Source of the DNA: an uncultured bacterium
GTDB taxonomy: Bacteria > Zhuqueibacterota > QNDG01 > DSAB01
Reading direction: 5' to 3'
NCBI GenBank assembly: GCA_964617625.1
Contig: CAZTZL010000007.1
Location: 1,278-65,277, forward strand
Length of the DNA: 64,000 nt
In this document: positions 50,301 through 59,457 of the stretch, piece by piece
How positions within the stretch are numbered: the first letter of the stretch is position 1
Layout: every line of letters starts with the position of its first letter
Made by a program: the position numbers and the translations under genes
The notes under the pieces: generated by a model
The model's database searches: none
What the model saw: only the letters and a program-made list of their open reading frames with translations
What the model was told of the DNA's origin: nothing

Positions 50301-50883
50301 CATCGGCATTTTGTTTGTCCCGTCCGAAATAACCGTTCCACGAACCTGCCCAGCCGCCCGGAGAATAGATGGGATTTTCCGGGTCTTTGATATCCGGCCA
50401 GTAAGCCGGCCACGCCCAGGGCCACTTGTTCATGGCGACTTTTGGTTGATCACTTTCTGTTTCCGGAGGATGGGGATTGTTAAAATTGGGAAGCGGAAGA
50501 AAGGTTCTCCATTTTCCATCCGGGCCGATATCGCCGGTAGAATATGCACTGGTATTGTTGGTTCCAGGACCCCTGACTTCGCTGACTACATGTTGAGTCT
50601 GATTGTTGATGTCGATGACTTCGGATCCCACGAACGTATTCCCGTCCAACATATAAATGTGTGCAGAATTAATGGGCCATTCCCCTCCGATATCTGGCGG
50701 TCTATTGTTAACACCCCAGGTTCCGTCGTTGTAAAATGTGGTCCGGAACAGGTTTCCTTCGTGCAGGCCACTGGCGTTGTTAGCAAAATCACCGTGCAGA
50801 CCTTCCATCTGTGCATACAGACAGGCTGAAGAGAGGCCGCTTATGATCGTTATTAAAAATAATATTCGGAGTGTCTTTTTCAT
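47365..50883 (-). CDS. 1172-aa secreted hypothetical protein with Asp-rich repeats, FN3-like region and T9SS-like C-terminal tail
   Basis: Signal peptide; DGIDND repeats; DFEGY.IYRS and YFYAVTAYD; INVVPNPY...IHFTHLPSKCTIRIFN..G.LV...YGVYIYHI. Confidence 0.75.
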   Translation of the reverse strand: MKKTLRILFLITIISGLSSACLYAQMEGLHGDFANNASGLHEGNLFRTTFYNDGTWGVNNRPPDIGGEWPINSAHIYMLDGNTFVGSEVIDINNQTQHVVSEVRGPGTNNTSAYSTGDIGPDGKWRTFLPLPNFNNPHPPETESDQPKVAMNKWPWAWPAYWPDIKDPENPIYSPGGWAGSWNGYFGRDKQNADEESYFVSDDYANNEFAFYPDSTDSLRRGLGLRMYCRGFQWNNALVDDGLFTLMDIKNIGTHEHNKLVYAFKIGNNVGETENNYASEGEDDAGQYLKEEGLAYLYDYDDDKAPDWGPDPVGYFGAAFLESPGNPYDGIDNDYDASEGTGPELSEAMLEATSTLNLNSKIVLINYNTYKRKVVTLQDTLNALGSDTLIVRYQDQKIKYYAGKVIQETPNDLVDNNLNGLIDENNGSLIGDPPIQKYLYIDETTGKGNKYVDYFADPETWDDNILIDERRDDGIDNDGDWNPTFDDVGADGLGPSDPGYPGPDIGEGDGLMTAGEPHFDKTDIDESDMLGLTGFTLYRWPDMPHWEDELVWNNALPGVFDDHLENDNIELFFSSGYFPLKPDQTERFSMALMCGWDEADLIENKFWFSRAYHENYNFSKAPSAPTVRAIAGDNRVTLIWDSFAEESVDPITGKDFEGYAIYRSTDDQWGDMPILTDYNGTPTQYRKPLAQFDLDNEYSGVCPLNVRGVHWNYGTNSGLVHTWIDTTALNGFTYFYAVTAYDHGDLVNGIAPSECNKSISRDPVTEKYRLGKNVVMIKPEAPSAGYVKADKDSVVHRSGTADGLVNVTVVDADSVIDATYHIVFQDTAIGNRDYPATKNFSLLNVTDENNIDTLINRSTMFHLGDEVPVINGFKLTFDDLGITQLDYNPDASVSGWNHANIDSPRVQAFNQSGKERYLESSDYMLIMGEVGIDTSTSWFRKSNHQDPLPAIPVNFTILDTKANNQKIKFAFREQDVATPEDAGKFTTKTAGSKTDEIMFLSDSLDEEGVNIAGWMLSLLRLSTDTANVSPAPGDTLILTFNNPFLANDVFEFTMHGKSIDKTLAKNQMNRINVVPNPYIVTNSWEGENPYATGRGPRVIHFTHLPSKCTIRIFNMRGQLVDTIEHETEDLADGGAVWDLRTKDDLDIAYGVYIYHIDAPGVGNKIGKFAVIK

Positions 50884-50903
50884 TTTGATGCTCTCCTCTA
50901 TTT

Positions 50904-53900
50904 TTAGAAACCAAATGACATGCCGACCTGAACCTGACGCGGTGCTGCATGCCAGTCGGGATGATTAATATAATCTTCTACTGTACCTACACGTTTTGCA
51001 TTGTAGCCTAATTTTACCGGATCAATCGTTGTGGTATAATCGGGACTGCCTGTATCGGTGTAAACGAATGTTTCATCCAACTGGTTAAAGAGATTGTAGA
51101 CATTAAGGAATATGTTTATTTCAGCGGTTCCCAAACTAATCCGTCTGTTGATGTAGAGATCGACACTTTTGCGGTCTGTCATTCGGGCACTGTTTGTAAC
51201 CAAACCGACCAAAGCTGTCTCTCCTGTGGTTCCTCCTGTCGCAAAAGTCGGTGTATAGGGCCTGCCGCTCCAGTACATACCGATGAGAGAAACCGTCCAG
51301 TTTTTTAATTGATAAATAATTGATCCATTGAATGTGTGTCTTTGATCCCATCCCATCGGAATCAGTGCAAGCCGGGGTTCGTTTTTATTTTGAATGGCAG
51401 TAAAAGCATCCCTCGGGTTGGAATAGGTTCCTTCAGCAATCTGATAAGTGTAATCCAGCCTTGCAGAGAAATTTTGCGACTGCCGTTTTTCCAATTTTAA
51501 TGTGATACCGCGAACATTGGAATAGTCTCTGTTTTCATACTGGGTGTATTTCAAGCTCGGATTGACGGTTTCGACAAGCGGACTTGTACCGACCCAATTC
51601 CGAACATCCCGATAAAATATGGTAATATCTATGCCAATATTCTCTGCCAACTGCTGCTGCAAACCAATTTCGTACATGATGGTACGCTGCGGTTTTAAGT
51701 CCGCATTGCCGAAAATGTAATTGGTGCCGCCAGCAGGCAACACTTTGAAATCCGGATTTTCATAAAGGTAGCGAAAATCGGGAACCTGGAAGAAGTGGCC
51801 GTAAGAGAAGTGAATGACGCCTCTGTCTGTGATTGGATAAGCGATTCCAAGTCTCGGGCTGAGCGCCATTTTAGGATCTACTTTTTTTTGCATGAAGCTG
51901 CGTCTTTCATCGGGAGTATACTCTTCAAATCCGCGCTTCCATTCATCCACCTGTGGTGCCGAGAAGGTGTCCGGCGGTTCAACCCAGTTTTTATAGATAT
52001 GTTCATCCTTTAACGGTGAATAGATACTTGGGTCGGTCGGATCTGCCTGTACATAACCGTTTGCATCAAAATAATCAAATCGCAGACCGATGTTGATATT
52101 CATTTCTTTCAGTTCAATTTTGTCCTGAATGTATGCGGAGAATTCTTTTGGTTTATTTATGTAATCACTTCGGTAATAGCTGGATGGATCGGGAATGGAA
52201 GGCTGGAACGGCGTGATTTCCTGTCCGTTCGCATCCAGTTTTGGACGGATTGTAAAACTGTGGAGCTCCAGTTCGTAGAGTCTCAGTTCGACTCCTGTTT
52301 TGATCTGATTGTATTTTTGTATCTGGCTTGTCAGATCCCATTTGCCTACCCAGTAGGAGGTGTTTCGTTTGAAATGCTCCATCTCTTGTCCGGTCTTATA
52401 AAAACTGCTTGGGGCCGGCTGGGAATTCGAATCGGGGTGGACATACCCCAGAGGACTGGTTGGATCGATCACCCATTCGTACTGTCTTTTCTGCTCTTTA
52501 GCCAGTACGAATTGAACGGAATCCGCAGGGATGGAAATGTCCAGGTAGTAATCCGGAAGTTCAGGCTCCGCAACTGTATCTTTGAGAACATGCACAAGAT
52601 ATTTAGGTGCGGCAAGCGGATCTTCGTAAACGTAGCGTTTATATTCTGTCGTGAATCGGTTAACCCGGAATTCATAGAATGTCGAAGGGGAGAGTATGTG
52701 ATTCAGAGAAAAAATATGTGTGAAACTTTCACCTAATTCCGTGGGTAGTCCGCCGGGAGTGTACTTGAAATTGTGGCCGCTGAACGTATTCCGGGAATCC
52801 ATATCGTTGATGTAGTTCGCACGATCGTTCTGCCATTTACTCCAGAAAATACCGTAGTTCAGTTTGATATTGGAACTGAGCTTATAAGTTAATTTGGCTT
52901 GTGTTGTGAATCTCTCGGTGGGTGACAGCGGTACAAGAGAACTGTCACCGGGTGTTCCCATAGGCGTGTACCATTCCCTGCCGTACAGAGCTCCTTCTTG
53001 AGAATAATATCGGCCGTTCAGGAAAAAACTCAGCTTATCATTTGTCAGAGGTACAGGACCGCTCAAGCTGAGTTCGCCATTGTAAGTCGGGTTGAATTTG
53101 GCTAAGGGATTTTCCGATTCACCGACAGCAACTGTCTGATTCGCCGCATTCTTAGTGATATCGACCTTTTTTAGAACGTCGAAAACACTGCTATGGCCCA
53201 TATAATCACCAACGTATCCCGAGATTTCACCGGTATAACGCTGGCCGCCTTCTTTTGTAATGATGTTTACGATACCTGACATGGCTTGACCATATTCAGC
53301 ATTAAATGTTCCGCTGACGACCTGGAGTTCCTGAACTGCCGAGTTTTCCACTGATACGCCCATTCCTCCGGCATAAACATCCGTTGTGGCGACACCATCG
53401 ACCCAGTAAGCGACTTCTCCTGTTCTTCCGCCTCGGATGTGCAGATTATTACCATCTCGAATGATCCCGGCCTGTATTTGCAATACATCGTTAACACTTT
53501 GCACCGGCAATTTGGCGATTTCATCTGCTCCTACCGAAGAAAGAGCCGATGTCATGTCCGCACGAACGAGCGGCCTTTCGGCAACCACCGTGACAGTTTC
53601 ATTTGCTTCAAGAACCGTCTGGCTCATGTTGGCATTAATGGTTGTTGTGAGGTCAATTGAGACGCGAACATTTGAGATTAAACTATTTTTGTAGCCCATC
53701 ATGGTGAACCTTAAACTGTAAATACCGGGAGGGACATTCATTATTGTATAGCTGCCGTCCAGTCCCGTCGCGGCTCCCATTGAAGTTCCCTCGAGAACCA
53801 CATTGGTTCCGGGTAAAGCTTCTTTTGTGTTCATGTCAACTACTTTCCCGGTTAGTTTTCCAGTAGTCCCTGCGATGAGCAGGTTCCCTGTGAAAAGAAA

Positions 53901-53951
53901 AATAGTGTAAAACAGGATGAGTGATACCACAATGTAGGTGTGCTTTTTCAT
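50904..53951 (-). CDS. TonB-dependent receptor with N-terminal carboxypeptidase-regulatory-like domain
   Basis: GTTGKLTGKV.D....EALPG.NV, plug motif HIRGGR..E..Y.VDG, GTFNAEYG.AMSG.VNI.TKEG, C-terminal Phe; start ATG 53951. Confidence 0.9.
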   Translation of the reverse strand: MKKHTYIVVSLILFYTIFLFTGNLLIAGTTGKLTGKVVDMNTKEALPGTNVVLEGTSMGAATGLDGSYTIMNVPPGIYSLRFTMMGYKNSLISNVRVSIDLTTTINANMSQTVLEANETVTVVAERPLVRADMTSALSSVGADEIAKLPVQSVNDVLQIQAGIIRDGNNLHIRGGRTGEVAYWVDGVATTDVYAGGMGVSVENSAVQELQVVSGTFNAEYGQAMSGIVNIITKEGGQRYTGEISGYVGDYMGHSSVFDVLKKVDITKNAANQTVAVGESENPLAKFNPTYNGELSLSGPVPLTNDKLSFFLNGRYYSQEGALYGREWYTPMGTPGDSSLVPLSPTERFTTQAKLTYKLSSNIKLNYGIFWSKWQNDRANYINDMDSRNTFSGHNFKYTPGGLPTELGESFTHIFSLNHILSPSTFYEFRVNRFTTEYKRYVYEDPLAAPKYLVHVLKDTVAEPELPDYYLDISIPADSVQFVLAKEQKRQYEWVIDPTSPLGYVHPDSNSQPAPSSFYKTGQEMEHFKRNTSYWVGKWDLTSQIQKYNQIKTGVELRLYELELHSFTIRPKLDANGQEITPFQPSIPDPSSYYRSDYINKPKEFSAYIQDKIELKEMNINIGLRFDYFDANGYVQADPTDPSIYSPLKDEHIYKNWVEPPDTFSAPQVDEWKRGFEEYTPDERRSFMQKKVDPKMALSPRLGIAYPITDRGVIHFSYGHFFQVPDFRYLYENPDFKVLPAGGTNYIFGNADLKPQRTIMYEIGLQQQLAENIGIDITIFYRDVRNWVGTSPLVETVNPSLKYTQYENRDYSNVRGITLKLEKRQSQNFSARLDYTYQIAEGTYSNPRDAFTAIQNKNEPRLALIPMGWDQRHTFNGSIIYQLKNWTVSLIGMYWSGRPYTPTFATGGTTGETALVGLVTNSARMTDRKSVDLYINRRISLGTAEINIFLNVYNLFNQLDETFVYTDTGSPDYTTTIDPVKLGYNAKRVGTVEDYINHPDWHAAPRQVQVGMSFGF

Positions 53952-54158
53952 ATTGCTCACTCCTCAGTTATTATTGGTGATAAATTGTGGGAATAAATAT
54001 ATGTACGCATAAGATTAGCCGAAAAATTTCAAACCAGTTTAAATATTTTTATCTACAAAGTCAAGTTTTTTTTATTTCCCAAAAAGAAATTTATCCGCAT
54101 CATTCAAATATTAAATGGAAACCATGACCGATGTCAAATCGAAAGCAATGTAAAATGC

Positions 54159-54207
54159 TTGACAAAATGTAAAAAATTTATATAATATAATGTTGACAAT
54201 CGTGTCA
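54159..54207 (+). promoter_or_regulatory. Sigma70 promoter plus inverted repeat upstream of rbsK
   Basis: TTGACA-N16-TATAAT (54159-54186), then TGACA-N4-TGTCA (54194-54207). Confidence 0.55.
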
Positions 54208-54333
54208 GGACCAGTTTATTGGTTCGGACAGCAGTATTCCATATTCCAAATGTACTAACAGATAATGATACCGGCGGCAGGAATATACAGAAGTGAAAAA
54301 TGGTTTTACTTTTTCTCTACTTAATTTATTGAG

Positions 54334-55284
54334 GTGAATGAGATGGTTGCACAAAAATCACGCGGCAAGGTTGTTGTGGTTGGAAGTTTGAATATGGATG
54401 TGGTGATGATTGTTCCTAGGCTTCCCAAACCAGGAGAGACTGTGGTCGGAGGGAGATTTTTCACCAGTTCCGGAGGGAAAGGAGTCAATCAGGCAATCGC
54501 AGCAAATCGTGCCGATGGTGATGTTACATTAATAGCCCGTGTGGGTGATGATATTTTGGGGCTGCGCGCTATTGAACAAATGAACAAGGATGGTATTCAA
54601 GTCGATCATGTCATCAAAGATGACAAAGCGTCTACCGGTTGTGCATCCATATTTTTAACGGAGCGGGGGGAAAAGTGCAGTGCGCTGGCTTCGGGTGCCA
54701 ATGCAAATTTATCCCCCGAAGATATTGATTCTGTCAAAGAGACGATTGCAAAAAATGATGTCATGCTTATTCAACTGGAAACGCCTATTGAGACGATTAA
54801 AGCAGCAGCTTCCATTGCGACACAATATAATGTAAAGGTCATTCTTAAACCATCGCCGCCGCGTACTCTGAGCGATGATGTGCTTCGATATATTTCCATC
54901 CTGACACCCAACCAGAGTGAAATAGAACTGCTCACCGGGATTAAGATTCATGATCATCAGTCTGCAGAGGAAGCCGGACGGATGCTGATCGCCAAAGGAA
55001 TAGAAACAGTTGTTCTGACACTGGGCGCCAAAGGATCGTTCCTTATTGATGCGAGCGGAGTGGAGCATGTTCCGAGTTTCAAGGTTAAAACGGTTGACAA
55101 TACAGGAGTGGGTGATATTTTCAACGGTGTGCTGGCTGTGGCTCTTGCCGAAGGGAAAATCGTGCGGGAGGCTGTCCGATACGCCAGTGCAGCAGCTGCG
55201 TTGTCCGTGACCCGATTGGGGGGGCAAATTTCCGCGCCGAGAAAAGAAGAGATTGAAAAGGTTTCGATTTCGCTGCTTTATTAG
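54334..55284 (+). CDS. rbsK: Ribokinase-family (PfkB) sugar kinase
   Basis: VVGSLNMD, GGKGVNQA, RVGDD, QLETP, PNQSE, DNTGVGDIF; several atypical residues. Confidence 0.8.
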   Translation: MNEMVAQKSRGKVVVVGSLNMDVVMIVPRLPKPGETVVGGRFFTSSGGKGVNQAIAANRADGDVTLIARVGDDILGLRAIEQMNKDGIQVDHVIKDDKASTGCASIFLTERGEKCSALASGANANLSPEDIDSVKETIAKNDVMLIQLETPIETIKAAASIATQYNVKVILKPSPPRTLSDDVLRYISILTPNQSEIELLTGIKIHDHQSAEEAGRMLIAKGIETVVLTLGAKGSFLIDASGVEHVPSFKVKTVDNTGVGDIFNGVLAVALAEGKIVREAVRYASAAAALSVTRLGGQISAPRKEEIEKVSISLLY

Positions 55285-55289
55285 TAGGT

Positions 55290-55329
55290 AGTATATTGTA
55301 TATGGTATATAGTATATTGTATATAGTAA
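55290..55329. repeat. Heptamer tandem repeat (nGTATAT)x5
   Basis: AGTATAT TGTATAT GGTATAT AGTATAT TGTATAT AGTA. Confidence 0.8.
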
Positions 55330-55389
55330 CTCATTGTGCATAATTAAGACTGAGAACAACATTAAATTATTTCTAAATATCTATAAATA

Positions 55390-55472
55390 TGTCATTTCGA
55401 ACCGCCATCTTCATCGCGGTGAGAAATCTTTTAATAGTTGCTATTAGATTTCTCCCTTCGGTCGAAATGACA
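55390..55472. repeat. REP-like long palindrome
   Basis: TGTCATTTCGA...GAGAAATCT-tt-TAATAG-ttg-CTATTA-GATTTCTC...TCGAAATGACA. Confidence 0.7.
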
Positions 55473-55680
55473 GTTATTATTATATTTACAAATCAGCATA
55501 GTGTATGAAATTGCTATTATGCACAACGGGTTATATAGTAGTAGTCTATTGTGGACAGTATACAAAGTAGATCAAGCTGGAAAATCATCCATAGGATATA
55601 ATGACCTAATTACGAAATTATTATTTTACTATCCATCATTGATTTTACCAAACAAACAGATCGATATTTAAAAGGCAGAC

Positions 55681-57108
55681 ATGACCGAGACCGTTTATCG
55701 AAAAGTAGATCAAGAAATAATCCACCAATTCCAGCAAATTGTCGGTTCGGAACATGTGATAACGAATCGTGAGGATATGATTGATTACTCGCATGACGAA
55801 TATGTAGGCGAGGAGATCCAAAATTATCCTGAAATCGTGGTTAAGCCCAAAACCACGGATGAGGTGTCGCAAATTGTCCGGGTGTGCAACGATGAAAAAA
55901 TTCCGCTTACGGTCCGCGGTTCTGGAACCGGACTCTGCGGCGGTTCTGTTCCGATATACGGCGGCGTGATTTTGAGTTTCGAAAATATGCAGCGTATAAT
56001 CGAAATCGATACAAACAATTTAACGGCCACCGTGGAAGCCGGCGTGATGCTCATGGATTTTTACGAGGGCCTCAAAGAATCCGGTTTGTTCTTTCCTCCG
56101 CATCCGGGAGACGAATCCGCCACGCTTGGCGGTGTGATTGCCACCAATGCCGGAGGCGCGCGGGCCGTGAAATACGGTGTGGTCCGCAATTTTGTCAAGG
56201 GGATCGAAATCGTTCTGCCGGACGGGGAAGTGATCCGTCTCGGCGGCAAGTTTGTCAAGAACAGCAGCGGGTACAGTCTCATGCATTTAATGGTGGGGTC
56301 GGAAGGGACTCTCGGAATTATCACGAAAGCCACACTTTCGCTGATGCCTCCGCCGGCAGTGGTTTTTACACTTGTGGCTCCGTTTCAAAATCTGAACGAC
56401 GCCATCGGAACTGTTCCCGATATTCTGCGAAACAAGATTTTACCGATGGCCATCGAGTTTATGGAGAAAAAACCAATCCTGATCAGCGAGAAGTTTATTA
56501 ACAAGAAATGGCCCTGCCCGGAGGGTGAGGCCCATCTTATGATCATCGTAGACGGCAGTTCGGACGATGAGGTCATGATGCTTGCCAAGGGGATCAGTGA
56601 TATTTGTTTGAAACACAATGCCATGGATGTTTTTGTGGCCGACACGCCCCAGAAACAGCAGGGCGTTCTGGATATTCGCAGCCACACTTACGATGCCATT
56701 AAGAATTATATGCTTGAAGATCTCGACATCACTGTCCCTCGTGCGGACATCGCCAATTTTGTGAATGCTATTCACCGGGTTGAAGAGGAACACGGAATGT
56801 GGCTCCCCAGTTACGGACACGCTGCGGACGGCAATGTTCACATCCACATTATGAGCCATTTCTGGGAAGATGGCGTTTGGAGTAAAATTGATGACTGTCA
56901 TGAGAAAGTGCCCGCCGTGAGAGAAACGCTGCACGAGCTGGGAAAGAAATACTGCGGCACAGTGTCCGGAGAGCATGGTATCGGCGTGATTAAAAAGGAA
57001 TTTTTAAAATCCTTTCTAGGCCCGAAACAGATCGGATTGATGCAGTCGATCAAAAAAGTGTTCGATCCAAATAACATTTTAAATCCCGGGAAGATTGTGG
57101 ATGTATAA
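55681..57108 (+). CDS. FAD-linked oxidase (GlcD / D-2-hydroxyacid dehydrogenase family)
   Basis: RGSGTGLCGG, ATLGG.IATNAGG, GHAADGNVH, SGEHGIG, LNPGKI. Confidence 0.9.
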   Translation: MTETVYRKVDQEIIHQFQQIVGSEHVITNREDMIDYSHDEYVGEEIQNYPEIVVKPKTTDEVSQIVRVCNDEKIPLTVRGSGTGLCGGSVPIYGGVILSFENMQRIIEIDTNNLTATVEAGVMLMDFYEGLKESGLFFPPHPGDESATLGGVIATNAGGARAVKYGVVRNFVKGIEIVLPDGEVIRLGGKFVKNSSGYSLMHLMVGSEGTLGIITKATLSLMPPPAVVFTLVAPFQNLNDAIGTVPDILRNKILPMAIEFMEKKPILISEKFINKKWPCPEGEAHLMIIVDGSSDDEVMMLAKGISDICLKHNAMDVFVADTPQKQQGVLDIRSHTYDAIKNYMLEDLDITVPRADIANFVNAIHRVEEEHGMWLPSYGHAADGNVHIHIMSHFWEDGVWSKIDDCHEKVPAVRETLHELGKKYCGTVSGEHGIGVIKKEFLKSFLGPKQIGLMQSIKKVFDPNNILNPGKIVDV

Positions 57109-57136
57109 TCTTATGATCATAATACTCACTTTTTAT

Positions 57137-57170
57137 TCTCCCCTTGAGGAGGGGATATTAAGGAGGGGAA
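57137..57170. repeat. Short REP-like palindrome
   Basis: CTCCCCTTGAGGAGGGGATATTAAGGAGGGG intergenic hairpin. Confidence 0.35.
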
Positions 57171-57185
57171 GAAGCGGGTATTTTT

Positions 57186-57926
57186 ATGAATGAATCGGAA
57201 CAGAAATCTCTCATCGTCGAAATTGGGGAACGGTTATGGGCGCGCGGATTTGTGGCGGCCAACGACGGCAATATATCCGTCAGAATCAACCCCAGTGAAA
57301 TTCTGGTCACTCCGACGGGTGTGAGCAAGGGCTTCATGATACCGGAGATGATTCTTAAACTAAATTTGAACGGTGAGCCGATTACCAAACATCCGGTATA
57401 TAAACCTTCGAGTGAAACGAAGATGCATCTGGAAATCTATCAACAGAGAGAAGACATTCAAGCCGTGGTACACGCACATCCCCCTTATGCCACCGGTTTT
57501 TCCGTATCGGGCACTGCTCCCAATGCCTGCGTTCTTCCCGAAGCCGTACTGACATTGGGTGCCGTTCCGGTCGCTGATTATGGTACACCATCCACTCGGG
57601 AAATCCCGGCATCGATCCGTTCCTTTGTCGAACAAACCGACGCGATTCTCCTTGCCAATCACGGTGCGTTGACTATGGGGGAGAATTTACTGACTGCTTT
57701 TCACAGGATGGAAACACTGGAACATGTTTCGCAAATCACTTTTCTGGCCATGCAGATTGGGAGAGTCAATGTGATTCCGCAGGACGAGATCGACAAACTG
57801 ATGGAAGTCCGAAAACAAATGAAAATTCCCGGAAGGATCATTGTCCCTAAATCAGAACCTGTTCAAATGAGTGAAAGCGGAATCGAAGCCATTGTAAAAC
57901 GTGTGGCGAAAAAACTGGGAAAGTAA
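57186..57926 (+). CDS. Class II aldolase/adducin-family protein
   Basis: DGNIS.R, PSSE..MH, HAHPP, LANHG Zn-ligand motifs. Confidence 0.9.
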   Translation: MNESEQKSLIVEIGERLWARGFVAANDGNISVRINPSEILVTPTGVSKGFMIPEMILKLNLNGEPITKHPVYKPSSETKMHLEIYQQREDIQAVVHAHPPYATGFSVSGTAPNACVLPEAVLTLGAVPVADYGTPSTREIPASIRSFVEQTDAILLANHGALTMGENLLTAFHRMETLEHVSQITFLAMQIGRVNVIPQDEIDKLMEVRKQMKIPGRIIVPKSEPVQMSESGIEAIVKRVAKKLGK

Positions 57927-58002
57927 ATTGTTATCTAATTATTTGACTGCTTTGTCCAAATTCACAAATCGTCATGACTTTTTAAATGCAACAGGAGTTG
58001 AT

Positions 58003-58872
58003 ATGACAAAAAGAATGTTATTAGTTTTTATTCTCATTGTTGCCTGTTTGCTCCGTGCCGAATCACCTCTTGACCGGGCATACCGGTTGTATGACGAGAA
58101 AAAATATGAAGAGGGTCTGGTTATTGTGGACAGTTTGATTTCTACTAATGGCGGAGACCGGAATACATTGCAGGCAAAATACTATTTGCTGGATGGACTG
58201 AAGCGGTATCCGGAAGCGCTGGAAGCGGCTCTTGCTGCGGAAAAGGTGCATGAAAGAAAATCCCCCTGGGATTGTATCCTGATCACAGAGGCCTGCATCA
58301 AACTGAATCGCATGGAGGATGCGCTGGACTGGCTCGAGAAAGCTGTGGACCGGGGATTTATCAGCTTGAAAACACTTTCCGATTCAATATACATTCCCCT
58401 CCAGACAGATCGCCGGTTTCAATCGCTTGCCGAAACCATCAAGAAAAATATCGGGATCGGCCGGCCCGCCAAAGAGATATCGTTGAACCTGCCGGATGGT
58501 TCGGTGTGGTCCCTTTCGAAACAGAAAGGGAAAGTCGTCCTGATCGATTTTTTTGCCACGTGGTGCCCTCCCTGCCGGGAAGAGATGCCCAATCTGAAAA
58601 GTATCCGCTCAACTTATCCGGAAGATTCGTTCGAACTCATCAGCATCAGTCTGGATTCGGATAGAGAGAAACTGGACGCATTTATCCGGGAACAGGAACT
58701 GAACTGGCATTTTGCTTTTTCGGGAGAAGGATGGAACGATCCTGATGTGAAGCTGTATCATGTCAATTCCATTCCCTCAATCTGGCTCGTGGACAAAAAA
58801 GGAAACTTGCGCTATTTTGATGTGCGGGGAGAAGAGCTTGCTAAAACGGTAAAGAATCTTGTCGAGGAATAA
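58003..58872 (+). CDS. TPR + TlpA/redoxin disulfide reductase
   Basis: Signal peptide, TPR-like helices, DFFATWCPPCREEMP; AGGAG RBS before ATG 58003. Confidence 0.87.
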   Translation: MTKRMLLVFILIVACLLRAESPLDRAYRLYDEKKYEEGLVIVDSLISTNGGDRNTLQAKYYLLDGLKRYPEALEAALAAEKVHERKSPWDCILITEACIKLNRMEDALDWLEKAVDRGFISLKTLSDSIYIPLQTDRRFQSLAETIKKNIGIGRPAKEISLNLPDGSVWSLSKQKGKVVLIDFFATWCPPCREEMPNLKSIRSTYPEDSFELISISLDSDREKLDAFIREQELNWHFAFSGEGWNDPDVKLYHVNSIPSIWLVDKKGNLRYFDVRGEELAKTVKNLVEE

Positions 58873-58897
58873 ATTATTTTGTAATAAGATGAAACAG

Positions 58898-58927
58898 ACC
58901 TCCCGAAGGCAATTACCCCCGGGAGGT
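58898..58927. terminator. Hairpin between convergent genes
   Basis: ACCTCCCG...CGGGAGGT. Confidence 0.45.
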
Positions 58928-58934
58928 AATTCAT

Positions 58935-59273
58935 TTACGGTTTCTTCTGTTCCGGGGCATTTTCAAGCGTAACACCTTCGTCTTCCAGTTTTTTCATATA
59001 TTTTTCGGGATCTTTCTTAAATGTGCTTAAACAATCCTGACAGCAAAAGTAAACCCGCTTGCCGTTATAATCCGCATAGACTTCCTTGTTGATTTCACCG
59101 CCCATAACCGGGCAGACTGTCTGCGTCACTTCAGTGGTCTGAACCGTATCCTGTTTGGCCTTCTCCATTTTCTCCGTGTTGGATTTCGATACGCTCTGCG
59201 CAAAAAGTCCATTGCTGGTCAACAGACCGGTGAAAAGGATCATTCCTGCAGCATAGAGGATTTTGGTTTTCAT
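58935..59273 (-). CDS. Secreted YHS-domain protein
   Basis: QTVCPVMG, GKRVYFCC..C...FKKDPEKY; GGAGG RBS before ATG 59273. Confidence 0.85.
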   Translation of the reverse strand: MKTKILYAAGMILFTGLLTSNGLFAQSVSKSNTEKMEKAKQDTVQTTEVTQTVCPVMGGEINKEVYADYNGKRVYFCCQDCLSTFKKDPEKYMKKLEDEGVTLENAPEQKKP

Positions 59274-59457
59274 AGAACCTCCTGATTGTATTTTATTAGT
59301 ATTTTTCATATTCTTTAATTCTTTTGATTACTTTTAAATGACAATTAAGAGAATGAAGTTCCTTGAATTCAGTGATTTATTCAATCCAATAGTCAATAAA
59401 AGCGGATCATTTTTTCATTTAAAATAACTTGCATATTTTATCCGGATTTGATACGTT

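Noticed and set aside
55290-55472. CRISPR array
   Set aside because: 7-bp period without spacers, plus a single palindrome; no cas genes and no 25-45 bp repeat-spacer pattern anywhere in the window
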